From Eledone cirrhosa (taxonomy: Eukaryota), in NCBI GenBank assembly GCA_964016885.1, contig OZ024742.1, forward strand, positions 189,596,001 through 189,660,000: 64,000 bases of DNA, read 5' to 3'. Position numbers and translations under genes: made by a program. Shown in pieces: positions 50,726-64,000 of this stretch. Numbering within the stretch: the first letter of the stretch is position 1; each line of letters opens with the position of its first letter. The notes under the pieces were generated by a model. It was not told the DNA's origin, made no database searches, and was given only the letters and a program-made list of their open reading frames with translations.

Positions 50726-52475
50726 TCATAGTATAGAAGGTGGTATATTAGCAGTATTAGTAGATTGTCAGTCAAAATTCTTTGCAGGACCTTCAATGTT
50801 CTGAGTTCCAATACTGCTAAGATCAATTTGTCTTTCATTCTTCTGGGAGTGATAAAATAAAGGCCAGTCATGTAGTTGATTTGTTGTAATCGTCTTTCCC
50901 CAACCTAAAATTGCTGGCCTTGTTAAATATAATTATTTCATAGTATACAACTCTTTTATATTCTGTTGACTTCTCAAATGTGTGATGAATTTGGATCAGC
51001 AGAAATAAAAAGAACAGAAATGAGAATAGATCGATGGATAAGAAAGGAAGAGATAGAAACTATAAATAGCAGAGGATGATGGGAATAGAGCTAGTGATGA
51101 AGGTTGTGAGTATAAATGGAATGAGATGATTGGGTCATGTGTTGAGGAAGAATGAATGTGACTGTGAGAGAGGAATAGAGCCAGTGATGGATGTTGTATG
51201 GTTAAATGTAATGAAATGATTGGGTCATGTGTTGTGGAAGGATGTAAGTGTCTGGGTGAAAATGATGGAGATGGATGTGGGAAAAAGTGGAGGAAGAAGA
51301 TGGCCAGAAAAGGTGTGACTAAAAAGAATGGTGTAAAAAGTTAGTGCAATGGTGATGGAGGATGAGGGCAACAGGACAAAATAGAGAAGCTTGTCATAAG
51401 GCCAACAGGGTTAACACATGCTTCAGCAGGAAAATGACCTTAAAACACTTGTCTTTTGTATCCACCCAAAATCAGTTTTTTAAGTGATTCTATTGAAAAT
51501 TTGACCAAAATATTCTTGTAGTTTTATTAACATACTTTTCTATTCTGTCTGCCAAGGCCACGGGGCAGCCAGTACATGGGCCTACATTTTCTTATAATAG
51601 TGAGAGATGGGGATAGCGGGAGTGACGAAAGCAGTGACAGTGGGGGTTTGGTTCCATTGTGTTCGGATCTGATGTATATATATATATTTATTTACCATAC
51701 CACACATACATACATAAATATAAACATGTATATACACATGCATACACATTGCTAACTGATTGTAATTGTTGATTTCTCAGCTTACATACAGTTCTTCAGC
51801 GTTTATTTGTATTATTTGGCTCCTCTTATACTACAAGTATAAGAGACCATTTTTACTCTTCTTACTTTTATATTTTAAGCCTGTAGAATATATATTTTAA
51901 ACAGAAAACCAATTACAAATTTGGCATTATATATATTGATAAAATTCAACCTCATATATTGTGCTATGTTTTGGGGTATATCACTGTGTTAATTATAATT
52001 GGTATTTATTAACTCTGTGTGGGCTGTCTAGAATATAAATTATCAGCAAATAGATCGTTTTTTAAATTAAAAAAAATAATTCAATAAAATATCATTTTTA
52101 TTGCTATTTTCATATTTATTATGAATTTTAATGTTTTTTTAAACTTTATAATTTTAAAAAAGTTATAGGTTTTATTTAAATTCAAATTTTACATTATGTA
52201 AAGGTCTTTATAAAACTAATTACAAAAAAGTTTTTCTATCAAAAAAAAATTATGTAGACTAAATTATATTTTAAATATTATTTGGTTTATTAGAAAATTT
52301 TTGAAGAAAATTTAACAATAAGCTTCTGGCAATTCACTTTCACTTTTAATAAAACTTTTTTTTTTTGCAACTTATAATTACTGGATACAAAAATATTATT
52401 GTTATAATATTATTATTAATATCCTTATTGAGTTCTGCTTCTTTCACAAATCATGTGGAGTCTCAACCTGGCACC

Positions 52476-52514
<39 letters not shown>

Positions 52515-52744
52515 CATCTTCATCAACATTATTATTATTATCATAATCATTATCCTCTTCCTCATCAATATCATCATCATCAATAATAAATCTAATTCAC
52601 ATTAGGAATTCTGTAAAATATTTTGTGCTATTTTATCTACTGTTACTGCAAAATTAATATAAAAATATATATGTATGGGTCTGTTATCAAATAGAAACTT
52701 TCAACAATGATTTTTTTCTTTCTCTCACTCCCTCCCTCTGTATG

Positions 52745-52794
<50 letters not shown>

Positions 52795-52890
52795 TAATTA
52801 TGTATATATATATACATATATAATAATATATATATATATATTTATATATATATATATACACACATATATAATGATATATATATATATATA

Positions 52891-53084
52891 ACGAAGGAAT
52901 TGTGGTAAGGAACCAGATGGACCATAACACACCAAAGTACTCACTACTTAGGGTAGTAGAGTGGGTAATAGGAACAAGTATGACCCCGACGACAGAGCTC
53001 AAGCCGTTTCGACGGCTATTTCTAGTCCAGAAATAGCCGTCGAAATAGCTTGAGCTCTGCCGTCGGGGGTCATACTTGTTCCTA
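52891..53084. repeat. PLE-like terminal repeat with palindrome 52969-53084 holding two hammerhead 3' halves
   Basis: TTTC GACGGCTATTTCT AGTCC AGAAATAGCCGTC GAAA...GTC GGGG; homologous to 27335-27534. Confidence 0.72.
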
Positions 53085-53370
53085 AATATATATATATATA
53101 TATATACATATATAATAATATATATACAGTTTTCATCCAGGAAAGGTTTTTTTATACTAGAGGATAAAATCTTAAACATTACAATAAAATGTATTTATGT
53201 TTTTTTTTAGTCATGAATACATTTTCTGTGAAGTTGTACTTTCTTACATATTTTTATACAGTCATCTTACATAACAAATAAACATATACCCATATATATA
53301 TATATGAATGAATATGTGCATATATATATATTATACATTTATGAACATATATATGTATACATTTTATATA

Positions 53371-53411
<41 letters not shown>

Positions 53412-53435
53412 AATATATATAATATATATATATAG

Positions 53436-53520
53436 AGTCTGACGAGCTTTTGATTCCAGAGTCAGGCTAGATCGATACAGATCGAACATTGTGCTGGTCA
53501 ATATCAAAACGCACGTCACT
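53436..53520 (+). ncRNA. Degenerate hammerhead, same family as 4106-4190
   Basis: AGT CTGACGA GC...AAAA CGCACG TC ACT; stem I is AGT/ACT versus GGT/ACC in the 4.1-kb copy. Confidence 0.6.
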
Positions 53521-53680
53521 ACTCAATAAATGTAATGAAGACATTACAAATTGTCCTTTTATTATTATAAATATATATATATATATATATACACATTATA
53601 TATATATTTATACATATATTTATATATACATATACATACATATATATATACATATATATATACATACACATATATACGCA

Positions 53681-53730
<50 letters not shown>

Positions 53731-54180
53731 TATGTTTGTGGGTGTGTGGGAGAGTACACAAATATAAGACTTATTAATTTTTCCATCACTAGAATATTTT
53801 CAATAAATGTTACATTTGCTCTGTAAATTAATTTTTTCAATTTTTATCAAAATCTACTGGATATCAAATATTTAGTTTTATTGTAAAACTGGAATAGTAT
53901 GTTGACTACAACAAATTACAAAATATTCTAAAGTCTTAGAATTTTTCCATCCTCTGTATTTTGGTTTTTACTGAATCTATTTTTTTTTTTTCATTTCTTC
54001 CAATAATGGAACAGACCATTTATATTAACATTTAATTTATTAATCTAAAATATATAGCATTTTATTATATTTTAAAATTAAATATAATGAAGGTAGTGCC
54101 TCTTTATCACCACAGTCTAATGGCTGAAATTCATAAAAGTTTAATTAAATTAATCCCTTTATTATTTCTCTTAATAATGT

Positions 54181-54227
<47 letters not shown>

Positions 54228-54348
54228 GTGTGTGTGTATCAGGTTTAAACCAGTATTAAGCTAGTTAGAATATTATTCAACAGAGTACTTGATACTTGGG
54301 ATAGTAGAGTGTGATTATATTAGAAAGAATCAGGGCCTGACTCTGTCT

Positions 54349-54385
<37 letters not shown>

Positions 54386-54392
54386 GGAAATG

Positions 54393-54430
54393 AGTCTTAA
54401 TGTTTTGAATGCTAGTCCTTCATCAGAAGA
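54393..54430 (-). ncRNA. Degenerate ultra-minimal hammerhead, family of 40630
   Basis: TCTT CTGATGA A GGA CTAGCA TTC AAAA CA TT AAGA. Confidence 0.4.
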
Positions 54431-54534
54431 TAGAATGAAAAATAAAAGAATACAATGATAGGGGAGGGTGAAAAGAGGAAGAAGTGGAAAACAATTGGAG
54501 AGAGGGTGTGTGTGTGTTCAGTCAGGCATTATAT

Positions 54535-54865
54535 ATAATAATAATAATGATAATGAAATTATTGTGTACAGTGCTCAGGTGCGCTACAACTCATCAAAGG
54601 CGCATGTATAGTACATAGAATAATGTACAAATATCATGAAAGTGAACAGTGTATGAGTCATGATATACATGTGTGCATGTGTATGGAGGGTGTATATCAG
54701 GTGAAGTGTTGTTGAATTTCAGGAAGCATGGAGGTTTTAAAGGATGCAGTGTCCTGGCAGCTAACAACTGATGCAGGTAGTTTGTTCCATGCTTCAGCAA
54801 CTGAGCGTAAAAAATATGTTTCCAAAAGTCATGGGAACTGTGCTGTTTTCTGCCTTTGTAGGCAT
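54535..54865 (-). mobile_element. CR1-type LINE 3' fragment
   Basis: VAEAWNKLPASVVSC..TASFK motif on minus strand; simple-repeat tail. Confidence 0.65.
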
Positions 54866-55512
54866 ATATGTGTGTGTGTGGTTTAAATCTTAACAGAGAA
54901 AGTATTTTATTGTTATTTCATATTAGTAGTATATTAATGTTGAGCATCATCGTTTTGTATTTTAAATGGATTAATTACTTCATTCTGAAGTTTAATTTAA
55001 AACAATTTAGTATAGAAATTTACAAATATTTTTTCTTAAACTATTTCGCAATTATTTAAATCTAGTTTAACCATTTCGATACTGAATCATTAGGAATTAC
55101 TTCTGGTTCTAAGATATAAATCTACTTGTTTTAAAATGTTTATAATATATCTTAAAACCTTCCCTCATAATTTTATGTAAAAACGTTTGTTACATTAGAA
55201 GCACCAGTTTGATAAAATTAGTTATATTAGCCCCATTCCCACCTACAAAGTTCTTGTTTATTTTCAAAATTCTTTGAAAATCACATGCAGTAGATTTCAT
55301 AAGAAATATAGTAATGAGAGGATTAAATAAAACAGAAATAAATTTTTTGTTGTTATTGAATATATTCTGTGTGAAACCTTTTTCTTTCATGTTACTAGCT
55401 ATCTTAGTATGTCTCTGGAGTTCCTTTCAGCAAGCTAGAAACATGTGGTTAGAATATGCAGAGTTTGACTATTTGTCTACTCTCTATCTTTTCATCACAA
55501 CATTGCCACATG

Positions 55513-56019
55513 GTTTAACCATTTCATGACCACATTTCTAATGAAATGCACTCTATTTTAATTAATTAATGAAGAATTTTGAAGGATATACTAAACTTAT
55601 TAATTATTTTGTTACTAGGATAGTAATTTAATATAAGGTTCTTATATAAAATTGTGTTGGAAGATTTTAATTTAAATAGAAAACCTTTAAAATGGGTGGT
55701 TTTATTTCATAGAAACAGAGCCAGTTTTAGCCAGGTTGGTAACAAAAGGGTTAACTTTTTAGAATACAGTCGATTTTAATCAATTAATGAAGAATTTTGA
55801 GGATTTACTAAACTTATTAATTATTTCATTAGTAAGATAGTAACTTAATGGAAGATAGAAATTTAAATTGGAAACCTTTAAAATGGGTGATTTTATTTCA
55901 CAGAACCGGAGCCGGTTTTGTTGCAAGATTTTAGTTTAAATTGGAAACATTTAAACTCAGTGATTTTATTTCATAGAACCAGAGCCAGCTTTAGCTGGAT
56001 TTGTAACTAAAGGGTTAAA
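55513..56019. mobile_element. piggyBac-type non-autonomous repeats with AAAGGGTTAA ends
   Basis: TTAACC...AAAGGGTTAA termini at 55513, 55754 and 56019; related pieces near 31563, 38214, 39935-40312 and 43476. Confidence 0.5.
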
Positions 56020-56359
56020 TATTTTATTGGTTGTTGTTATTGTGCCCATGAATTCTAAATAGCAGGAGAACATAAAATATTCAATCAGTGAACTGCTGCT
56101 ATTTAGAAATATAGAGAAATATAAATCAATCTTTTATTTCTATTAATGTAAAAAAAAAAAAAATGATGATGATGATTTCTTTTATTGACCACAATAGTGC
56201 ATGGCATTGTGCACAATATACAGATGAAAAACAGCATAAATTGGGGTTTACATTAAGTAAAGTAAAGAAGAAGCATTAGAAAAATGGAAAACAGTAAATA
56301 TAATAAAATGATGATAACACACAGATGTTGTGTTTATTAATGTATGTATATATATATAT

Positions 56360-56695
56360 GGAGGCATATGGCTTAGTGGTTAGAGCATTGGCCTTGCAAT
56401 CGAAAGGTTGTGAGTTCAATTCTCAGACCGGGTGATGTGTCGTTTCCTTGAGCAAGACACTTTATTTCACATTGCTCCAGTTTACTCAGCTGTAGAAATG
56501 AGATGATAGGGACTGGGGTCCATATCATTCCACTGCAAAGTGGTCGTGGAGGTGCCACAGCAAAAATGCACCCAGCACTCACTGTAAATGAGGTTGGTGT
56601 TAGGAAGGGCATTGAGCTGTAGAAATCAAGCCAGAATCAGTTCCCGTCCCACCCTTGCAAGCAGGGAAAAGCGGACGTAAAATGATGATGATGAT
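56360..56695 (+). mobile_element. SINE family A, full length
   Basis: As 13088. Confidence 0.9.
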
Positions 56696-56729
56696 GGATG
56701 ATATATATATATATTATTATTATTATTAT

Positions 56730-57145
56730 TCGGTGAATTGGCAGCATCGGTAGAGTGTCAGACACCATGCTTTACAGCCTAGAGTTATGTCCCTTTACTT
56801 TATGAGTTCAAATCCCACCGAGGTTAACTTTGCCTTTCATACTTATGGGGTCGATAAAATAAAGTACCAGTAATGCTCTGGGATAATTGCTGGCCTTGTG
56901 CCAAAAGTAGAAACAATTATTATTATTATTATGGCTGAGTGGTTAGAGAATTTGATTCACAATCATGAGGTTGTGAGTTCGATTTCTGGACCAGGTGATG
57001 CATTATGTCTCTGAGCAAGACACTTTATTTCATGTTGCTCCTTCTACCTGGAGTTGCGACTGATAGATAGTATTAGCAATTGGAAAGACCAATGGAAACA
57101 TTGTTTCCTCAGTCCAATTTGACGAAGGTCGATTGACTGTTTATA
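56730..57145 (+). mobile_element. SINE family B followed by SINE family C
   Basis: 56730-56920 and 56930-57145. Confidence 0.82.
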
Positions 57146-57643
57146 TATATATGATATAGAGAAAGTGATGTCTGAATGAGTATCCTCCACTTCAAACTAA
57201 CTTAACTTCCATCTCTGGGTCCCAGCCAACAGGATGATGAATGCATTGCTTAGGAGAACGGTGAGGGAGACATGCTGGATCAGCCACTCCACCTCATGAG
57301 GCTCATACATGCTGGTGGCTAATTCCACTCTGTAATACAAAATTACAATAAAAGTCAAAATAATAATGATGACAAGGTCATGATTCTCTCACTGTTCATT
57401 GTAGCCATCGTGACTGTGACAAATAATTTGAAAGTACCTTGGAAATCTAGAGCTGAATCTGGGAGTGGATGCAGTGCAATAAGAAAGTTGTTTCACTGGA
57501 TCAACAATAATGAGCTAGGTAAACGTTGACACACATTAAGGGAAGTTATAAAGAGTATAGTAGGGCAAGATTGCTTCTCAATCTAGATCATAGGTAGTAG
57601 TTCAATAGAAAGCTTAAAGGATAAGTATACCAGCAACAGCACC

Positions 57644-57688
<45 letters not shown>

Positions 57689-57885
57689 TGTCTCATCAAT
57701 GACTGAGATTCAAGGAACAATAATAATAAGAATAATAATTTCTTTATTAGCCAGATATGGCTTAGATTAAGAGAACAATAAAGACAGTACAGGATGGTAC
57801 AGTGTGTGTTTTTTGTGTGAGAGAAGGGTTTATAAAAAAAAAGACTAAAAACATAAACATTTAAAAAATCAAAACATAACAAATG

Positions 57886-57929
<44 letters not shown>

Positions 57930-57932
<3 letters not shown>

Positions 57933-58335
57933 TGTTTCTACTATTGGCACAAGGCCAGCAATTACCCAGTTATTTTATCGACCCCATAAGGATGAAAGGC
58001 AAAGTTAACCTCGGTGGGATTTGAACTCAGAATGACAAGGGCCGTAACTCTATGCATCAAAGCATGGCGTCCGACCCTCTACCGATACTGCCAATTTCAT
58101 TTATTAGCCACAAGAGCCGACATGGGGACAATACAAAAACAGGGACAGTGGGGGTTTACAATAAATTGAGTGAAAATACACAATAAGAAAAACAATGATA
58201 ATAATAATTATTTCTACTTTTGGTACAAGGCCATCAATTATCCCAGTGCATTAATGGTACTTTATTTTATCGACCCCATAAGGATGAAAGCCAAAGTTAA
58301 CCTCAGCGGGATTTGAACTCAGACCATAAAGGGCA
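57930..58335 (-). mobile_element. Two SINE family B copies in (TAA)n
   Basis: 57930-58095 and 58208-58335. Confidence 0.8.
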
Positions 58336-59365
58336 AATAATAACAGTAAGTTGAACTTGTGCAGAGTGTAGAGAGGTGAAGTAAATATTTTAGTGTAAAT
58401 ACTTTAGATAATAATTATTTGAAATTCTGAAACCAATTTTCAGAGAATTACAAACAGTACTTTAACCCCTTTGATAGGCAGTGAATGACTCTTATCCTAT
58501 GATACGAAATCTAACATTTTAAAGTATTCATACTTCATAGAACCATTTGTGAAATTGCAGATACTAATTGATAATGAAAATATTAATTATTTCGCTAAAT
58601 ATAATGAACTTCTTGATCTTTAAAAAATGATAATAATTAAAAGTGCTTAGGCAGTGCATTAAATCAGATATATATTATTATATATTAAAAGGATTGATTA
58701 GTATTTTTTGTCATTTTTTATCTTTTTAAATAGATACAAATAAAAGCTTGAAATAAAAGCAAACTTATTTTTCATTCATCATTGAATGGTTTCTGTAGTT
58801 TTACTATTTTCAACAATTTTACCGACCATACACTTACATACAAGAAAATAATATACAAGAAAAAATATATACAAGAAATTTTTCACTATATCTAAACACT
58901 GTTTTATACTAATATTATATGAATATGTTGAATATTCATAAGAAATAAAAAAAAAAAAAAACAATTGTTAAACATTTTCAATATACCTTCATTATAATTC
59001 CTTCAGAAGTCTGTCACCCCCTCCCTTTTTTTAGTAATCATTTGAAAACCTATGTGATTCCTGTCTTTAATCCTGCTTGAGTGCTCTGATTTCATGAATT
59101 ATTCCTGGTATGCTCATGGATCTGATTAATACTACCCTGCATTTGTGCATGCTTAGAAAAGCATACCATCCTCACATTTGCTTATATATATATATATATT
59201 CACTCAATTTTATGCTTCTTCTTTGTCATATTTTGCTTTTCTACTATACTAACGTAAAGGTTGTACTCACTATAACAAACAGGTTTAATGTTCAAATTTA
59301 AAATCATAATATCTTAAGATTAACTATACATTTGAACAGTAAGGAGTTTTAATGATATTGAGATA

Positions 59366-59677
59366 CAGTAAACCCTTGGCTTAACAGACCTAATAACAGA
59401 TTTTGGATTTAACAGACCAAGATATAATACAATACTGTACTACCACTACAGTCAAAGAAAATACTCCTCATCTACACTGTCAAAAATGTAGTAAAATTTA
59501 CATATTCTTTATAATAAATAATTTTACATTGTGTAGTAGGTATTTTTTATTAGAGCCATTTTGTTTACAGTAAAACAATAAAAATAATACGCATATCACC
59601 TTCGATTTAATAGACTTTCAGCTTTAGCAAACAGAACTTCCCACCCCATATAAGTCTGTTAAATCGAGAGCTTACTG
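59366..59677. mobile_element. Tigger-like MITE
   Basis: TA|CAGTAAACCCTTGGCTTAACAGAC ... GTCTGTTAAATCGAGAGCTTACTG|TA. Confidence 0.75.
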
Positions 59678-60054
59678 TAATTATATGATTTTAGCATTAC
59701 AGTAGAATTGAGAAGACCTTCAAACAATAGGAAATAACTATATCATTAATGTTTTATATGTTTTGTTTCAATATACTTTTTCTTTATAACAGTTATATAT
59801 TTCACACATCATTCATATTTTCTGTCCATATTTTATTTTGGAAAAAAGAAAAAAAAAACACTAACATTTTTTTAGTAGGCTACATTTATCTAGAAATATT
59901 CAAGGTTATAAATATTTGGTATTTTTTAGATTAGGAATTTCCATTTCATTCCCTTAAATAAAACATTATTGTTTCAATACTTTAGTAATTCAATCAAGGA
60001 ATCTTTCTAATAATGCAACAAATGATTTTAGCTTACTCCTAAAGTAAATAACAA

Positions 60055-60095
<41 letters not shown>

Positions 60096-60097
60096 TT

Positions 60098-60790
60098 TTA
60101 GCACCAGTAGAATACAAATATAGACATGACAGAGTTGGCCAATATCTACACTGGGTAATATGTCGGCATTACAAAATCAAAGCTGAAGACAAGTGGTACA
60201 ATCATCACCCTGAGGCTGTAGCTGAAGGAGAAAATGTAACAATTCTCTGGGACTTTCCTGTACATACTGACAGGACCATAAAAGCAAATAGACCTGACAT
60301 CATTGTAAAAGATCAACATAACAAGGTCTGTTTATTGATACATATGAGCATCCCATGTCATCATAATATCGCGGCAAAAGAATTTGACAAGCTACGAAAA
60401 TATAAAGATCTGCTGATTGAAATTGAGAAAATGTGGCACCTCAAAGCCGTTACAATGCCAATGATTGTGGGAGGACTGAGAATAATCAAGAAAGGAACAG
60501 AACAATATTTGCGAATGATTCCTGGTTTACCCTCTCTGCACGAGGTGCAAAGAATTGTTTTGACTGGTACTGCATACATATTGAGACGAGCACTATCTCT
60601 GTAAGATTGATATCCCTCCTTGTATTTACACATGCATATGCACATGTGTATATAAGTATACTATTTTTTTTATTATAATCAATGTGCTGTATTAACTGGC
60701 TTACCAATGCACATTGTGAATTTATTTGCCCTAGGTGTCAGGAAGACACTCGGCATATATCTCTGAAACAATAATGAAAGAAAATAAAAA
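60098..60790 (+). mobile_element. R4/Dong-clade retrotransposon 3' end in (TAA)n; open frame 60098-60604
   Basis: YKYRHDRV..LHW, LWDFPVHTD...ANRPDIIV, K..KYKDL, P.IVG.L; (TAA)n on both sides. Confidence 0.9.
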
Positions 60791-60811
60791 TAATAATAAT
60801 AATAATAATGA

Positions 60812-61490
60812 TTTCTTTATTAGCCACACAGGGCTCACATTAAGGAAACCTTAAAGACAATAAAAGACGATACAGTGTGGGAGTTTTTTGTGTAAAATGA
60901 GATTAAGAAAATAAATATTTAAAACAAACATAACAACTTCCCAAAGTTGAGGAGACTCTAAGGGTCACTCGTGTAGGAATCCCACAAAGCCACGGTTACC
61001 CTGTCCACTGGGTAAAGTGCCCTCTCCCAGTCTTTCTACTCCATGGACCATGCTCGCCATTCTCACCCACCTTTCAACAAACTGGTTGGAAGGCAGCCCT
61101 TCCCTCTCCACCTTGATTTTCCTCTTCAAGTGAAATCTGAAAAAGTTAATCAGGGCTTCACCAAAGAGGAAGATGGCTGTCTTCAACCCTTTCAAATGTG
61201 TTGACCACACAACCTCTTTTGCCATGGCCACCAGGCAGATAAAATCCTGCCTGTCCTTTCCCTCTAAAGGAGGACGGTGGGGCAATCTTCACAATGGACT
61301 CAGTTGATAGTTGGATCCATCCTACACATGACAGCAGGTGTTCGACATAAACCCAGAGGTCAGCAATACTCAAACACTTGACAAGTGAATGCAGAACGGT
61401 TTTGTCACCCTGCACGCAACTCAGACAAGCTCGATCGATGGCACTTCCATGCCTATTCTTAGAAAAAAGTACTTTTGAAGATTGCGGGCA
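60812..61490 (-). mobile_element. L1/Tx1-like LINE 3' fragment
   Basis: CLSC....TVLH....C zinc knuckle, AKEVVW; 3' end GGCTAATAAAGAAA then (TTA)n. Confidence 0.7.
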
Positions 61491-61529
61491 ATCCTCAAGT
61501 TCAGTTTGAATGGTGGAAATACTGTGCAA

Positions 61530-62760
61530 GCAATAAACGCCAGAGTTGTTTCATTAATTAGGTATGAGGCAGGTATAGTAGAATGGATAAAAGTAGATTT
61601 GAAGGAAATTGATCAGAAAACAAGGAAACTGGTCACTATCTATTGAAGTAAGCACCCACAAGGTGATGCAGACAGGCTCTATTGGAAAAGAAAGAGTAAA
61701 GGAGGGGGATTGTTGAGTGTATAGGATGTTGTCAATATAGAAGAAAGTGGTATGGGCTTCTACATAAAAATAAGGAAGTAAAGCATCTATTGGAGGATGT
61801 CAGGGAAGGCATATTTGAGAAAAATTGGGACCCAGAAAATACAAAAACAGAGATTGTTTAAGAGCATAATGAAGCATTTGATCAACAGCTCTTGCATTCA
61901 GCATTCTTTATGGAAACAAGAAGCCTGTATGATAACAAAAATATTTAATTATAGTTATGGAATGGCTACATTAAGAAAGAAACAGAAGGACTTATATTAG
62001 CAGTGCAAGATGAAGCTATAAAACAAGGTGAGGAATGGAAAACATAGACAAGAAAGATATTCAAGCTAAATGCAGAATTTGTGGGGAGAAAGCAGTGATA
62101 ATTGCCCATATCGTTTTAGAGAGTAAGCAGTTAGTCCAGAATGATAATAAAGAAGTCCGACATGATAAGGGCTACCATGTTGCACTGGAGCTTGTGTAAA
62201 AAGTATGGATTTTCATGTGCAGAAAAAAAGCTATGTCACAAATCAGATGGGAGTGCGAGAGATTGAGGAAATAAAGTTCTTATGGGACTTTCCAATTCAG
62301 ACAGAGATGATGATTGAACACAGAAAACCAGATATTGTAATTGAGAAGAAGGAACGAAACTGTACTCTCATAGATGTAGCATGTCCTTTTGACACCAGAA
62401 TTGAACAGAAAAGAGAGAAAAAAGTAGGGACTTATACTGACTTAAAATATGAAATCTTGAAATGCTGCCATAATGAAGTGCAGACTATCACCATTGTCCG
62501 AGTGGTGATTGTTGCTTTTGGTATGGTGACAAAGAACCTTGAAAACAACCATCGAAAATCGACTTTGCACCAGGGTTTGAACTACTCCCGAAGCCATGCC
62601 TATTGGGAGCAACCTGAATATTGAGAAAAGTTCTGAACTACCAGCAGTAGAGAAACATTTAGGAATAATATGAAAAATTTGGAGTTACACTAAATTACTA
62701 AATTATATTCCCTCAAATAACTGGCCCAAAGCAACATCAAAGCTGGTCATGATAAATAGT
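61530..62760 (+). pseudogene. Decayed R4/Dong-clade element
   Basis: HPQGDADRLY..R..GGGL, CRICG, RHD, LWDFPIQT...HRKPDIV...IDVACP; followed by (TAA)n. Confidence 0.85.
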
Positions 62761-62792
62761 CAAATAACAATAATAACAACAACAATAATGAC

Positions 62793-62840
<48 letters not shown>

Positions 62841-62844
62841 AATA

Positions 62845-63122
62845 ATTGTTTCTACTTTAGGCACAAGGCCAGCAATTAACCAGTGCATTACTGGTACTTT
62901 ATTTTATCGACCCCGTAAGGATGAGATTTGAACTCAGATCATAAAGGGACGTAACTATGCTGGAAAGCATGGTGTCCGACCCTCTACCGATACTGAATAA
63001 TAATAATAATGATGGTTTCTGATTTAGGCAGAAGGCCAGCTTTTGGGGGGAGGGGAAGTTGATTAAATCGACTCCAGTGTGTCACTGGTGCTTCATTTTA
63101 TTAGCCCCATAAAGATGAAAGG
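62845..63122 (-). mobile_element. SINE family B copies in (TAA)n
   Basis: Family B motifs. Confidence 0.75.
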
Positions 63123-63134
63123 CATGGATCGATT

Positions 63135-64000
63135 ATAAGAATACTTATGATATGTCCCCCACTCATGGTTTGGGGAACGTTTAGATTTAGTTAAAGAGGT
63201 AGAAAACACCAAGATATTGTTGAAAAACTCAATAACAAACTAGAGAGTTGAGCTGACATCAGGAGATGTTTTAGGAGAATTTAAAGTAAGGGGAGGAATT
63301 TTTCAAGGAGACAGCTCATCACCTTTGATGTTTGTGATGGAAATGTTACCTGTGTCTATATTACTCAGGAATGTGAAATGCTGGTATTCATTAAGAAAAC
63401 AAAGATACACCTTCAATCATCGATTATTCATGAATGACCTCAAGTTATATGAGATAAACATGAACAAGATAGATTTACTGGTCCAAACAGTAAAATAGTT
63501 TAATGTGGACATTCACATGGAATTTAGGGTAGATAAACGCACCATAGTTAAAATTGTGAGGGGAAAGATAGTTAGCTCAGAAAGTATTCAATTACCTAAC
63601 AAAGAAGTTATTCATTCTTTGGAAGATGGAGAGATCTACAAGTACCTCAAAATACTTCAGGGTGACAAGTTAATTAACAAGGAAATGAAGAAAAAAGTCA
63701 CACAAGAATATATCAGAAGACTGAAGGTCATCGTGGGATAATAGCTTAAGGCTGGAAACATGATAACAGCAATGAACTCCTGAGCTGGGTCTATAATAAG
63801 ATATGGTACTGGAATCATTGATTGGACTCTTGCTGAACTCTTAGGAAAAAAAGAAAGTTGTTGAATATATATCAAGGCTTACACCCCCAGGCTGATGTTG
63901 ATCGACTTGATGTGAGATCAGAAGACAGGAAACGACTGATCAGCAGTGAAGAGATAGTTTCAGTTGAGAAAGTAAGCTTGAAAGAGTGTCTAGGAAAATT
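63135..64000 (+). pseudogene. Decayed R4/Dong RT fragment, runs off the window
   Basis: YDMSPH, GIFQGDSSSPLMF, NHRLFMNDLKLY, DIHMEF..DK, YKYL. Confidence 0.85.

Noticed and set aside
51850-52370. Possible mitochondrial insertion in very AT-rich sequence
   Set aside because: I recognised no rRNA, tRNA or mitochondrial protein motif
56360-56435. tRNA gene
   Set aside because: The tRNA-like head runs into CORE and a LINE tail and occurs in many copies, so it is a SINE head

Overview
This is AT-rich, microsatellite-saturated animal nuclear DNA, intergenic or deep intronic. The SINE/LINE repertoire suggests an octopod cephalopod, which is an inference. I found no confident host protein-coding gene, and most ORF-track entries are translated microsatellites or retroelement debris. 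The window holds RTE, R4/Dong, CRE-like, Tx1/L1-like and CR1 LINE fragments, several tRNA-head SINE families, Helitrons, MITEs and Penelope-like element (PLE) remnants. The most striking signal, read by eye on both strands, is roughly 20 intact, degenerate or half type-I hammerhead ribozyme (HHR) motifs (CUGANGA...GAAA-palindrome-UH) from several unrelated sequence families. Most occur as outward-facing pairs inside fold-back inverted repeats bounded by (TA)n. They include a U3-A8 core variant just downstream of a GIY-YIG ORF, recurrent pyrimidine-pyrimidine stem II closures, and palindromes whose axis lies inside the ribozyme. Hammerheads in PLE terminal repeats are known in general. The density, variants and fold-back geometry here are what merit follow-up. 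All coordinates are hand-counted and approximate.
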